Assembly (NCBI GenBank): GCA_051294375.1
Contig: CM119263.1
Coordinates: 22,967,704-23,030,832, forward strand
Source of the DNA: Paraspadella gotoi
Taxonomy: Eukaryota > Animalia > Chaetognatha
Direction of reading: 5' to 3'
DNA: 63,129 nucleotides
Every line of letters begins with the position of its first letter. Position 1 is the stretch's first letter. A program made the position numbers and the translations under genes. Shown piece after piece: positions 28,287 to 55,500 of this stretch. The notes beneath the pieces were generated by a model. It did no database searches. It was not told the DNA's origin and saw nothing but the letters and a program-made list of their open reading frames with translations.

Positions 28287-29727
28287 CCTTGGCCAAATCT
28301 AATCCTATCCCTAACATACTTCTCGCATTTCGATTTAAAACGAAGAATGACAAAAGCAAATGCCGCGAGATGCACTCGATGTGAATTCCACCGAATTAAC
28401 TAAACGTGTAAATCTTAAAAATGTCAGTGAAATTGAGATAGAGTGGAAAGACAAAAGGGCGGGGAAAGAGAGAGCGAGAGCGAGAGGGTCAGAGACAAAT
28501 AGACGGAGTGAGACGGAGCCTCTAAACGGTGAGAGAGACAGAGACAGAGAGAGTGGATAGAAATCGAGTTACCAGCAAGAAAAAAGAGGAAGAGGGAATC
28601 CTTGAAATTGGCGTCGAATTTGGTTTTGGCTTCGGGGGAGGATTAGAGCTGAGATGGGATAATTGGAACGAATCTTTTGGCGCAGAAAAAAAAAAATCAC
28701 ATTTTTCATTCGTATCGAAATGTCTGCGTCTTTCTTTTTTTTTGTCTGTCGTACTGTAGTTGTAGGAAAAAGTTGTTGTTGTTATCGATGTCGTTGTTGT
28801 TTTTCTAACTTGGTCGAGAGGGAAAAAAAAGAGAAGGGGAAAAATCGATCTCGTAATTGATTTTTGTTTTTTGGTGCCGAATGGTGATAGCGATGCCGTC
28901 TGCTTGATCTAGTTATCGGCTTTTAATTTAGAATCAACATTTTCTTGTTCAAACGCCAAATATTATATAAGTATCTTTGTTCTGGAAATCTGATATTATT
29001 ACCGGAACTTAATATATCAGCTAAAGCAATTATTTGTAAATTCTCGACGAGATAACCAGAATTGTTACTGATAAAATTAAATACATTGATATTAGAAAAT
29101 ACGAATATTTTTTTAATCATAAATTAAACAAAAGAATGATAAAAATGAGTCATTAAAACAAATTACGTGTTACGAAAAAAAGGCCGATTATTCGAATTTT
29201 ATAAATTAACCAACAATATAATACAATACAAAATACAATACAATACTCGCAACTGCCAATGCTCAGTACAACCAGCAAATCGTTCCCTTTGCCCATTACT
29301 GCACCAGACGGGCAGTTGCCCCGAATCTCCCTTCCCTCGACCGCCCAATCGTTCAGCCAATAGACGCCGTCTCTTCGCCGCAGGACAAAACGCAAATTCA
29401 GTTATCGTCGAATGGGAGAAATTGTGAATTGCATAAAATGGTGAAGAGGAAATGGGTTATGGTCTGACAGGGAATGGCAGTGATAAGATGTGGGGAGGGC
29501 CTAAAAAGGTTTAGAAGAAAATTAACCAAAAAGATCCAAAACTCTTGAGAATTAATAATAATAAGACGAGCGCGGTTTACGTCCGTACGCGCGAAGGAGG
29601 ATTTTATGGGGAAAATGCGCGGGAGTTTAGGGAAAGGAAAGTAGGGGAGACATCTCGGGGGAGAGATCCGAAGACGCGAAGCGGAAAAAAGAGCAAATTA
29701 CTGCCTTTGTTATGTGGGTTAATAAGG

Positions 29728-29775
<48 letters not shown>

Positions 29776-31441
29776 CTTACAAAGAACGAACCCCTGGATC
29801 GTTTTGCGGGGAGGTCCCAAAACAGATTCCGCGTGAAGGCAGAGTCAACGCCGAAGACGACCAAGACGACGACGACGTTACGGTCGAAATGACGACGATC
29901 GAAGATCCAAGTTGTATTCGACTTGTCACGAGATCGGGTCGACCGCTTGACCGAAGCATCCGACATCACGTGACCCGAGGATTTTGGTTGGCGTGAAACT
30001 CGATAAACGATTTTGCATCCGAATTAGGATTCGGATTCGGAAAAATCGATGCGATCGAAATCGGAATTCGGGTCGTTTATGGGTTTTTTTTTGCCGCCAG
30101 ATGGTATTGGAGTATTTGGCCCTGGTGGTCGGAGAAGGAAATATCGAAAAACAAAGAAAAGAAAGAGGTGGAAAAATAGATATCACTAAATTTAGCAAAA
30201 AAGCAAAAATGAAAAAGATGACGAAAGCGACGATCGAAAATACAGTCTATGCAAAAAAAAAGAGGCCACCCAAAAACATTATGAAAATAAATTAAGTTAG
30301 ATCGCTTTAAAATAAAATATATTATAATTAAATAATATTTATGGAAAAATAAACTATTGATGTAAATTTTGTTAATAATAATAATATAATATAATATAAT
30401 AATAATATCCGTTATGAAGCTATAATTTTTTAAAAGTAACTACTCAGTTAGAACTACTAAGTAAATTCAAACAGAATATCAGAGCAAAAAAAATAATCAA
30501 ATATTTTTAACCTTTTGTGTTTTAAGGTTTGTTATACATATACTTTTTTTAAAAAAGTCTTTATTTTTCATTCATATTTTTTAAAAAAAATATATAAATA
30601 CAATGCTCATAAATTAAGGCTAAAAGATCTTCGGTTTTTGGCAGATTTTTAAAAATGTTTTTTGAAGCAACTCAAATAACAAATTTTTTTGAACCGCTTA
30701 TCTTTCGGGAGCTATAGATCTTGAATGCTTAGACCAATTTTTGTTAACTTATACATATTGATTTCCTATTTTAAAATCTATATTTATCATTTATAAATTT
30801 TTATAATATGTGCGTAAAATGAATATTACTTAATGTTTGAAGAGTGTCCTATTTTTTTTGCATAGGACTGTAGATGGTGAATAAATTAAGTGAAACTTTG
30901 GACTTAGGTTGTCTTATCTTTTTTTTTTTGTTGTTGTTGTTGTTGTTGTTGTTGTGTTTGTATCTGAGGAGATGAATTCTTTTTTCTCTGTTTAAATAAA
31001 ATTTAAAAATGTCAAATGACAACAAAAAGACGTACTGTACATATAAAAAGTCGTGAACTGCCATTCACCTCGTCACGAAGCTAAAAGGGCACAGCGTCAC
31101 AGCTGGGCGAGTGACGTCACGGTGATTAATTGTTTCGAAGTAATTTTTAATTAAATAAAAAGAAATAAAACAGAGAAGCCCGAAGTTAACTACTTAACGG
31201 TTCGTGTTCATTTTCTTTAAAATGATCTTAAATGGAAAACAAATCAAAAAGTCGAATAAATATCAATTAGAAGGATAGTGGAAGAAATGAGGACCGTGAA
31301 AAATTAAAAAAATAGCGACCAGAGAAAAAAAAGGTTCGGCTCTTTTGAGAACTGAAAGAAAACTCATTACGAATTTTTTTATGTATATTATTTTGGGAAA
31401 TTCGAGTATTAAAAACAAATAAATTTCGGCGAAATCGGAAC

Positions 31442-31596
31442 CTCATGGGTTTGAAATTAAAAACGAGCCGGGGCATCGACCACCACCCAAGGGTGTTGTC
31501 GGGGAGTGGCGATGCGCGCGTGAGTGAATAGTGGGTGAGTAGAAGGACGATGGTGGCGGTGAATCCGAAGTTATTGCGTCTGGTTGAATCGTCCAT
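31442..31596 (-). CDS. Possible first exon of a small secreted protein
   Basis: GC-rich island reading MDDSTRRNNFGFTATIVLLLTHYSLTRA-SPLPDNTLGWWSMPRLVFNFKPM, which looks like a signal peptide. There is a weak donor (AG|GTTCC) at 31441. Downstream exons were not established. Confidence 0.3.
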
Positions 31597-32370
31597 GCAA
31601 TGAGATCAAGAAGAGGGCGAAATTCGGGGAGCGATAAAAATTGTGAAAATCTTTTCTTATTAACTAGTTTTTTTTTTTTAGATATCTACAATTTCTTATT
31701 ATAAGTAATATTGTTATACTATTTAAATACACATTTTATACCAGTATATAATCCATAAAAAGTTAGTTGGATTTTTTTAGTTTCAAAATCATCAAAAATT
31801 TAACCAAATATTTTAATTTTCCGAAATTTCCTTTTCTTAAAATCTTTATTTCTTAGTATTTTTATTTAGTGTTCTTTTCTCATCCCTTCCTCTTCCCTTG
31901 ACTCACAGACTTAACAGAATTTTATTCGCACAGAAAATTTTGAGGCGCTTACGATGGCAGCCACGACAAGCTAACGCCGCGTCATCGATTCTCTCTCTCT
32001 CTCTCTCTCTGCCTCTACTCTCATTCATAATTAAATTAGCCACCTCAAAAGGGTTTCCCCCTTGTCTCAAAGTCAAAACCGTAAGTGTGACTCCCGCATA
32101 TTTTCTTTGTAAATCATTTTTTCATCGGTTTTTTTATGGGAAATTCATGATTTTTTTGACATATTTGCTAGTTAATAAACCAACTGTTTTATAGATTATA
32201 AATCATTTTCTCAATCGAATGTTTCAAAGCTCAAAAGGAATCGGAAAATTATTATTTTTTTTTATTTCAAAAAAAATGTTTTGCTCAAACTAATAAACAG
32301 GAAATTCCCCAGTTAGAAAACAACTATTTCATCGCCCCCCCCCGCCCCCCATTTTCTTTTCCTCAAAACG

Positions 32371-32424
32371 CCGTCGGGAAGTCGGGGGGACTGAACCCGG
32401 GACCTCCCAGTTCGACAAAAGGCC
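32371..32424 (-). other. tRNA-like fragment (Pol III B-box), possible SINE remnant
   Basis: The minus strand reads GAGGTCCCGGGTTCAGTCCCCCG, similar to a tRNA T-arm. No full cloverleaf is visible. Confidence 0.25.
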
Positions 32425-33164
32425 ATTTATCAGCAAAAGAGAGAGAGAAAAAAATTTTTTTAGTCAAAAAACGGAAATCGTTCGAGTAGCGACAATCGAC
32501 CGTCGTCGAAGTCGCGGCGACCGGCTGTCTCGTCAATGGGAACGAGTAACCTTGGCAATCAAAACAACAACGACGGTGAATCGTTTATAAGATTACAAAG
32601 TTTGTTTAATCTTAAGAATTTTTATAGTGGGATAGTAATGTGAAACCAGAAAGTTAGTCGTGGAAAGAAAGGCGACAGAATCCGAAGAGAACTTGATGAG
32701 AATAAAGGGAAACAGACACATTTATTGTTATAATAAAATAATATTAACTAAAATATATTCGTGTACTTATGGAACAACAACAACTGCAGCGTGAGATTCG
32801 TAAAGAGGGTCACCGAACCGGACATGAGACGAGAAGGCAGAGTATGAAAATAAGGTAAAGAGCCGGATATCAGATAAAATTATTACAGACTGTGTTGTCC
32901 CTGTACATGACGCAATGATATCAACTAGGGAACCAAGAATTCCGGATCACGATTCTGCTGGGAACAGTAAACACGAAAATCTCGATCCATAACGTTACGT
33001 CACACAGCTATTACGGTTCACGATAGTCTCACGCACGCGCGCCGATGTTCGAGAACGGAAACGAAGGGTCGTTAATCAAGTGGGAAGTTCACCGAGCAGA
33101 GATTCACAAATATATTCATAAAGGTCATTCACAAGGAACAGTGAGAGCGAAAGTGATGTTTTGT

Positions 33165-33243
<79 letters not shown>

Positions 33244-35176
33244 GACGGCGCGGAGCCGAGAGGGCAGGACGACCGCCGGCGGGAAAGTGGGAATGGGGGG
33301 GGGGGCGTCGCGGCTCATGGAATGTCGTTATGATCCAAACCCGAAGTCGAAGCGTCACTGAGCATCACGAAGGAGAGGCGATGACCGCTTAGAGTCAGTT
33401 TATCAATGTTTGGCTTTCATAAGAAATTTTGTTTGTTTATAAATGGGATGAAATATGGAAGAGGTTAGTCCGTGAAAGCGACTGGCGAAGATTAGAGGGG
33501 GTGTGGGGGGGAGCAAGTTCTTCAAACAGATGGCACGAAAGAGATGGAGGGAGATTAAGGGGAGGAAGAGATGAGGACAGAAGAGAGGAGAGAGAGAAGA
33601 GGAGGAGAGGAAGAGAGGAGAGGATAGGAAGAGAGGTTCCATTGAACGGCTAAACGACGATTTACTACCGACGATTCAAACAATTGACCATCGCATTGAT
33701 TTAACGAATCAACAAAAGTTAGATATATTATATATATTATTATATTATTATATATTCAAATTCGCCGATGAAAACAATTTTGAGACTTGTGACAAGAGCA
33801 ACAAAGAATTAATCAAATCACGCAGTAAAAAGGTCACAATTGCGATCGACGGATTGTGACTCAGGGTTAACAGTTCACAATTACCAGCTTTTAGCTCTAT
33901 GGTTTACAGTTGACTGAGCAAAGGGAGAGAGAGAAAAACAGCGGCAGGTGGTCGAGGCAATGGCTTCGATGCCATTTGCAATGTCTCGGTCGATTCAGTG
34001 AGTCAGTGAACTTTTGTGAAAACCGAAGGATCGATTCGATCAAAAGTCGAAGCCGAAGATTAAGCTGAGGACTTGGAGGCGGATTTAAGCCTGCGTGATC
34101 ACCAAGCGGACGAAGGGATAGAGTAGGTATGATTTCGACGAGAGAAGGGAATAGAGATGGAGTTGACGATAGTAAAAAAACGTTTACTGTAACGATGACG
34201 CGAAGAAGATAACAACGATGGGAAAGAAAACTTTTCGTTTTACAAATCTGAAGAGACTTTCTTTCTTTGAGATTTTAAATTTAAAGAGAAAACCAAGTTT
34301 TTTTTTACAAGATGAACAACAAGAGTCGAAACATGTTTTTTCACAATTAAAAAAAAACAACAAAAAACAAAACTTTGTTTTCTCTTCAAATTTATAATCG
34401 CAAAGAAAGAAAGTCTCAATTTAATGTCTATAAATTAAGCACTCGGAATCGAATTATTTGTGGTCGTGGAAAAAAGAATGTTCATCGGGTGTGGACACAG
34501 ATGGAAGACCACAATGCTTTAAATTAAAATGGGATATGATGCATAAAAATGAGAATAAAAAATGTCATCGAGAGGAAAGATGACGATGTAGAAATTATTT
34601 CAGATTTATGACAGCGCATCAAAAGTCTAATGAGGAAGAAGTGATCTTGATTTGAGATGTCACGGTTTACGAACTGACAAAGAATGACGAAAATCTAAAA
34701 AGTCCTGCGGAGATGTTCGTCGTATCATCGATGGAATACGCGAAGAGCGAAAGAAAACATGAGTCATCGTGAAGAGAAAAAGGATGACGTCAACGATGGC
34801 ATCATGGCTCGCAGAATGTAGGTTAATTCGTAACATTTTTTGAAGAGGGGAAATGCGAAGAGGGAGCTTATTAATTATTACGATGAAGATGACAAAGAAT
34901 AGGAAGGCAGTTATGAGTAAAAATGACAATATTGACCTACAAGGTGAATTTTAGCAATCAAAAATAGCTAATTTCATTAAAGGATGACTTTAAAACATTA
35001 TTTAGCCGCGCCTTTTTTCTCTCTCTAATCTTCAAAGCATGGTTGAACAATGTCGTAAAGAGCCCTCTATCGCGAGTCCGCTCCGTTCCGACCCAACGCA
35101 AACGGGATTCACAATCACGCGCCAGTAACGCGCGAAAACAGCCATTCGAAAAGAGAAGACGCGTGCCGGGGTACCA

Positions 35177-35410
35177 CGCATGCGCGATTCTGACATCCCG
35201 ATAACAATACGCGTGCCGGTCGAGACACGCGGTTAATGGCCTCCAAATCACGCGACGGGTTCGCGTGTCAACTTCCGGTTTAAAACTCGTCCGAACGAGT
35301 CTAGATTGGCTTTTAACAATCGATTGGCCAGATTTCCTCCTTTATCTTTCTCTCTCTCGATTCCCCGCTGACCTAACGTCCAAACAATCCTTGTCGGCGC
35401 TAATTGGCTT
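35177..35410. promoter_or_regulatory. CpG-rich promoter-like motif cluster
   Basis: NRF1-like CGCATGCGCG (35177), ETS-type ACTTCCGG (35271) and three ATTGG/CCAAT boxes (~35305, ~35323, ~35403). No target gene identified. Confidence 0.35.
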
Positions 35411-37579
35411 AATTTCATTTTCCTTTCTCGTTTCCCCGCAATTAAGCCACGCCCCCTGGAGAGCTTCTCTTCGTTAAAGACGAATCAGATGTGGGGGAAG
35501 GCGGACGAGCACAGATCGGCGAGTTAAATGGGTGATCGTCAGTGATTCCAAAGTAAAATCGATCCCGAGGTTGTACCTCGTTCTTCTTTGTATTTATAAT
35601 TTTGATATAAATGACAGTTAGAGAAGAGTTTTTGTTTGCTTGCACTTTCAAAAAAATTAGGGGAGAAAAAAAAATTTCTGTCGCAGGTTTTACATCGTAG
35701 AAAAAAATTTAAAGTTTGGAATATTTATTTTGCGCTAGGTTAGAGGCAAACTAAAGAATATTTAAACAAATTCTAAAAATCAAATACAGAAAATTTAATT
35801 TGAAACTACTACGTAGTAATTTAAAATCCACGGTAAATCTAAAATTTTATTTATAATTTTCGTATGCTAAATTAACTAATATTTTAAATAATTTTATATA
35901 TTTATAAATATTAACAATTTAAAATATATTAAACTAATCTAACAATCTCCGACAAAGCGCTAAAGTGTCCTGATCAAACAAGTTCCTTTTTCGAGTGATC
36001 TTGGAATTCGGAAAGAACCTTTGCTCTCAAACGTTTCTTTTTTTATTTTTTAGATTTTCACGAATAATAAATTTAAATTTTTGAATGCGGGTGAGTTCCG
36101 ATCCTTAGGAAATTTGAGTACAAGATTTTAAAATTTTTTTTACAAAATCTGAAAATTATAATGGTGTATATGTGTATTTAGATAAGTGTGAGAGTTGAAA
36201 AAAAAAATTAATGTTCATATGCTTTAAATTATAAATTGCAAATACCCTTTGTAGTGCCTCTGAGATAGGTTTAAGGTCCAGGAAAAAGAAAAAGGATTTT
36301 GAAATATTTGTAAAAAAATATATTTAAAAAATTATTCTTGACAAAACTGACAACTTAAGCAGATATTTTTTATTTAGAGCGAACTCGTGACGCTAAATGC
36401 TTAACTTTTAAAAAGAATTTCCTATTATGCTTTAAAAAAAAAAATTCAAAGGATTTGAGATACAATAAAAAAAACTCTGTACTTCTGGCAAAGTGCTCGA
36501 GTGTTTTTGCTGAATGAATTCGAGATAAATAAGATAAAACTCCATCACTCCATCACCCCGCGTTGGAAGAAGAGGAAATAAAAGTGGGGAAAAAAGAAAA
36601 AAAGTTTTCCGTTTTCGTTGATCGATGCATCACTTTTAGAAAACTGGCAGCTCTGTCGAAAATAACGGAAAATAATTATGGCGAAACTATTCAGTTTCAA
36701 ATGTGATTGCTATTGCTTGCTTTTGTTAACAGAGCGGTCATGACACGGTTTCGAAGTTTAGAAAAGAATATAAGAATGCAAACAACGTACCGCTTGCTAA
36801 CTTAAACTTTATTAAAGCTTTCAAAGCTGTGCAAGGTTTTTGAAAAAAATATTTTGCGCCTCCTGCTTATTTTCTACAAGAAACGGAATAAATAGAAGAA
36901 TAACAAATAAACATTTGATCCCATTAAATTTGCTAGAAACGTAAAACCTGATCATACAACTTTCAAAAGTGGCACTTAATAGGTAAGATAAGGATGATTC
37001 AGCGATCAAAGTAACTTACCTTAAAAAACATATGCGATGACTAAGCATTACGAGCAATTAATGATTTACGGTAGGACCGTAGGCATAATCCAATCCAACT
37101 GACAAAGAGTAAGATTACTCTATGACTCATGCGGGGAGAAGCCGACGACTGGCGTCTGATAATAGTGGGCGGCTCTTATCAGGCGATGGCACCGAACTCA
37201 TACTCTTAACAGAGAGACGCACACAAATACTGAGGCAAAGAGATGATGCCAACACGAAGACGACCGGGAGACAGTTCGTCAAAAGAGGACCGATCGATCC
37301 TGATTGGACCGAGCGACGGGATACTCACCTCTCATTGGTCGAATTCTTTCTGGGCTGGAATGCAGCCGCACAGAAGCAGCTGAGACAAGAAGAAAAAAAA
37401 TTAGAATGATTCAAGTTTGAAAAAAAAAAGATGCGAAAATCCGCGTAAATTGAAAAAAAAATAATATGAGATAAAAATAGCTCAATCCGGTTTTAAAATT
37501 TCGCACATTGATTCGCGGTTAAATCTAGTTCACCGCGACATTAAAAAAAACCACAACATTCAAAGCCACAATTTTCCTC

Positions 37580-37592
37580 GTTGCTAGGAGAC
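37580..37592. promoter_or_regulatory. RFX X-box upstream of CFAP300
   Basis: GTTGCTAGGAGAC resembles the RFX X-box of ciliary gene promoters and lies ~210 bp before the CFAP300 ATG. Confidence 0.65.
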
Positions 37593-37798
37593 GCGTGAAA
37601 CTTTTTTTCGTGAATAGAAGCAGAAGGAAAAGATATCTATCTTCGCAGATCATAATTTCTCCTCGCTCCTCGGATTTTAATTTAATTTCTTGAAAAAAAA
37701 AAGTTTAATCTAAGACGATTAAAAAAATAAATTCAGTCTTTTAATCCCCGCTTACCGCGAAGAAAAGAAAAGGAAAAAAAAATCTGCCGCGGAGAATC

Positions 37799-50532
<12,734 letters not shown>

Positions 50533-52405
50533 CAAAAAATTATAAAAAAAAGACACAAAAGTATTTTTCTCGCTCTTTGACTAGATGCTTGTTTTTGTGA
50601 AATTTTCTGACTTCATCCTATAATGTTGCCTTTGAATAAACTGCTTTCCCCGAATGAAGCAAACTTATATTCGCCACTTTGTTGTTTCAATGACAGTAAA
50701 CACATTCATAGGAAATAAAACATGTCAATAACTTTTTACGAAACAAATTAAACTTTGTTTTCGGAATTGAAGACGAAACATTTAATATCTAAACGTTCTT
50801 AAAATTTGGCGTCTACCTCTGCCAAGATGCAATGTTAAATAAAAAAAAATTAATAGATGAAAAAATGGCTGACCGATTTAAGACATTAACGAGGGGGGAA
50901 GTAGGCAAGGAACGAAATGAGAAATTTTGGTTCTTTTAGAACTAAAAAGAAATGAGGATACAACTTAGCCTAGCATGAGGAAATTGGATCCGTGTATCCA
51001 AAAATCACAAGAAAGACTTTGTTGAATCAATCAACCCCCTTTGCTGTTTTCCTCTTTTTTTTTAGCGATTTTGTAATTCGTTTTTTTTAATTCTAAAGGG
51101 GAGTGAATTTTCAACAACAATTACCATACGATCTTTTCTTTTTTCAATCATCCGTCAAAAAAAAACAAATATACATTTCGGCAAAGAAAAATTACGCAGG
51201 CCAGAATTCAAGAAATGGAAGGGATTCAATCGACTAATGAACTAATTAATGGTTGCTTTTTTGTTTTCTCTATTCATAGAAGTGAATTCTATTTGATGCC
51301 ACGTCAAATCAGGAAGCAAAAAAAAATCTCATTAGCTAAAACGATAAGAGGAGTATCTTGAGTTTTGTTACCGCAATACAGATATAATATAGTTTGTCGA
51401 TTCGTCGATATGAATTAAATTCATTTGCAGATGACATCTAAGGATTATGCGATTAGCGTAATGTCGGTGGACGCTCTATTTGTTTATTTTTTACGTATTT
51501 CGCTAGAGCTATGATAATTAGTGCAATAGCAATCGTATTTCTGCAGAAAAAAAACAAAAAATATAATTGTCGGATCGGAATAGAGATTGCTGCTGATTGT
51601 TTAAAAACAAAAGACACAAAAACGAGATGTCGCTGCTAAGATAAGAAAATAGGAATAGGGATATAATCGAAAGCGGAACAAAAAGAAAAAAAACGGGTAA
51701 GGCTGAAAATACCGTAAGACACGTTTGTTCCGTCGATCAATCCGCTCTTATATTCGCAACAAAAAGAGAAAAGGCACCTTTCTCGCTCTGTACCGTGATA
51801 TTTAGCTACTACTAATCGCGCGCGCAGATAAAAAGCCATTCCCGGATTACGGGGGTAATAAATATATTTTTTAAATTTTTTTAAAAGTTTTTACTAAAAA
51901 ATGTATCGACTTTGACAAATATGTAGTAAATATTGTGAATTTATAACTTTTTACGTAAAATTTATTAATTTTAAAAAATATTCTTTTGAAACTAAGCAAA
52001 AAAAAAAAAAAAGACTAACGGGGAAAACCGGACGGGGGCAGAAAAAAAACGTGACTAGAGAATAAGTATAAAATAGGCATGCTCGACTAGAATCGCATAA
52101 GGATGCTAGTAATTATTTCGCATAAGCATTATATAAACTAATCTAAGGTTCAGTTCGCTCGTTTGCGGCCACATTACCGTCGATCCAAAAAAAAAAAAAT
52201 ACTGGTGACATATTTTAATAATTAATTTCACTTTTCCATTGAAATTCACCACCTCGCCCTAGACAAGGCGACGGAACCGCTCAAACCTAGCTTTATCGCT
52301 TACAACGAAAAAAAAAAAGATTTTTTTCGTATTACGCATTCTCCGTTTTTAACGAATCTTCTTGTAACGCGAACAGTCTCCAAAGAGATCTCGATATGTC
52401 CGAAG

Positions 52406-52469
<64 letters not shown>

Positions 52470-52522
52470 GTTGTTGTTGTTCATTCAAATGATTCTGCTC
52501 CAGCCGCTCAACCTTTGTCAAT

Positions 52523-55500
52523 TCAAAGGTTGGCGCGGCCGCAGTCTGGGCACAGGATGTCGTCACCGTCGGTGAGGAAACCCTGAAATGAAAAACAAAG
52601 GAACATCGAAAATTAACACCTTAAATTAACACCTTAATTTGTTCCTAATATAACTTTTACAAGCAAGGAGGATTTACACCCAGGAATAAATACTAGAGAT
52701 TTAGAAATAGCTCCGCCGAAGACAGGAACGACAATACTACACTGCTTTACAGTGTACTCAGTTTAAATGGTCTACACTCTACACTCTACAGTGTGTTGTT
52801 ACTGTACTGTTGAGCGCATGCAAAATAACTCTAAAAAAAACCGGACGCATTATGATAAAAAAAAAAAAAAAAATCAAAAACAATAAAATAAACACACACC
52901 ACACGCAAACGCACACGAATACCAAGTAGTATCAGAATTAGTCTAAGTGTTAGTATCAGAGATACGTAAAGACTTGTCTCACCTTTCCGACGAGAGAGGA
53001 CGTACACTTCTTGCAGTTAAAGTGTTCGTTGTGCCAGTGGCGCTCTTCGAAGGAGATGTACTTCGTGCCTCCTAGCCCTGGGGGGAATAGGGGGAAGGGG
53101 GGGGGGAAGGGGATCGGGGGGGAGAGGGAAAGCATCAGAAGTGGGCGAGGGAATTGAAGACGGACGAGGGATGCGAGGGAAAGGGGAAGCAATGATTTTT
53201 TTAAAAAAGAATAGGGAAAGTCGGGATGGGACGCGAATCGTGGCGACATTTTTGTTCCGAAAAAACCAAAACACGGATTGTCTCACTCAGAAAGGCTCGT
53301 TTGCTATGTATATTGTATATTTTCTTTGTATTTTGACTTTCTTTTTGCTATTTAAAATAGTTTAGAGATGAAACGAAAAATTCGTTGTAATAGCAATTTT
53401 TTTATTTTTATTATTGTACATGTTTCGACTCTTAGTATAACACTAAGAGTCGAAACATGTACAATAATAAAAATTAAAAAATTGCTATTACAACGAATTT
53501 TTCGTTTCATCTCTAATGTATATTTTCTGAAATTCAAACCTTTTAAAATGTCAACTTATTGAGATTCATAATCATCGTGAGACAGTCGGTCATCCTTCAA
53601 AAATCATTTTGTTTCCATCTTCAGGGCGATTTTTTTAAAACCAAAGGAAATAATATAAAAGAATGAAAAAAAATATTGAATAATAAAAACGAAAAACAAA
53701 ATGACACTCCTTTGCACAAGAAATGCGGTTGAAAAAATTAACTACTAATAATTGAAGTGGAAATACTACACTCGACTAATCGGAATTAAAAATGTACCTG
53801 ATTTGTCAACTGAATTATAAAGCGGAATATAAAGGAAAAAAAATCTGACATATTGAATCTTAACTTCCCTCAATAAAAAAAAAAAAAAAAAAAATGGGAA
53901 TGAGAAATCCAATGACGTCTCCCACGACGAATTTTCTTAACGATCACCCGATTCGTTCTTTCTTTATTTCTTTTTTTAAATTTTTTAAAAATTTTTCAGA
54001 TTTTTTTGGGTTCGCGAGGGAAAAACTAATCTTTTTCCGACGCACGAGACAAAAAGAAAGTGCGCGCGTTGGATTGTACGGTGCGGGGGTTTATATTGTT
54101 ATCGGTGGTCAAAATTTTATTTCAGATTTAATTAATATCATTCCGAATTTATTCTCACCGTCTCCTTCCGTTTTTCCGTCATCTGAGAGATTAAAGATCT
54201 TCATTAGCCGATTTCCCTTTTATATATCTTTAGATTAAACGTTAAATTTCATTGTTAGTATATTGAAGGAAAACTTCCCCTTGAACACGAAAGCTTTCGG
54301 TTTTTCCAAAATTAAATACTTTTAACCGCATGTATTAATATATCAGGGATAAGTTAACTAATTTGAAGGTAAACGGGTACTTTCATGGTTGAGTTGCAGA
54401 GCAATTGTTCAATATTTTATTGTTGTTTGGTTGTTTTAACATCGCAAAAATAAATCATGCGAGATGATAACGGCGGCCGAATGTTGGATTCATATGTGTG
54501 ATGACCCATCTAAATCTAACGGTCTACATAATACATAGATAGTAATTAGATACCCATTGTTGTTCCAAGTCAATAAATACGCTGACATCAAATAAACTCC
54601 GTCCTTTTATAACTTAACTTACCCGTGATGGGCTTGGTGCAGGCGAAGCACTTTTTGGCGAAGAGTTCACCGAAGCAGTCGGCGCAGTAGGGCTTTTCCT
54701 CGCGCGAAGTGAACCGCTCACCGGCCAACGACTTCTTGCAGTTGGTACATGTGAAGCAGTCGCGATGGTAAGGGTCGTTCTTGTATGTCACCCCGCCAGC
54801 GTTGATCACCTGGGTTTGTATCGGGGTGTGGTCAAGAACGTTATAAGTGGTGAAAATGTTTCATTAAATTTTTTTTTTTTCAAAAAAATTAACCCTGTGT
54901 TTAGCCGTACAACACGACAACCCGCCGCTAGAAAAAAATCGTCATTTGCAAACCTGAGAAAATTTGTTTTAATTTGAAAGTTTTTTTCTGTAATAAAAAG
55001 ATTGAAAAAAAAAAGATTTGAGTTTTAAAATGAAAGACGATTTTTAAGGCAACTTTTCTCCGCTCAAGTCAAACCAAGTCAAATCATAACCAATCAATAT
55101 AAAATTTGGATTTGATTTTGATTTTTACTACAAAAAAACTTTCAGATTAAAAATTTTTTTGCAGGTTTGCAAATGACTATTTTTTTCTAGCGGCGGGTTG
55201 TCGTGTGTCACCTTGTAATCATTTTAAATATGTACTTCCGAGTGATATTTAGTTGCTCTTATCACACAATCTTTATCTCCCATTCCAGACGATAAGTTAA
55301 AATTAGCTGCGTCGAAAATCGCGTGAGAGAAGTAGTTAATAGTTAAAAAACGAATTAACCAATTAATTTAGTCATTTAGTCGGTGAAAGTCCTTCTAATG
55401 ATTTGGAAGAGGATTCTATGTTTAATCAAAGCGTAATATTGTTTAAAATTATTTCTAGTCCCAGTTTTGAGTTCTTAGCATTTTATATATACATATATCA

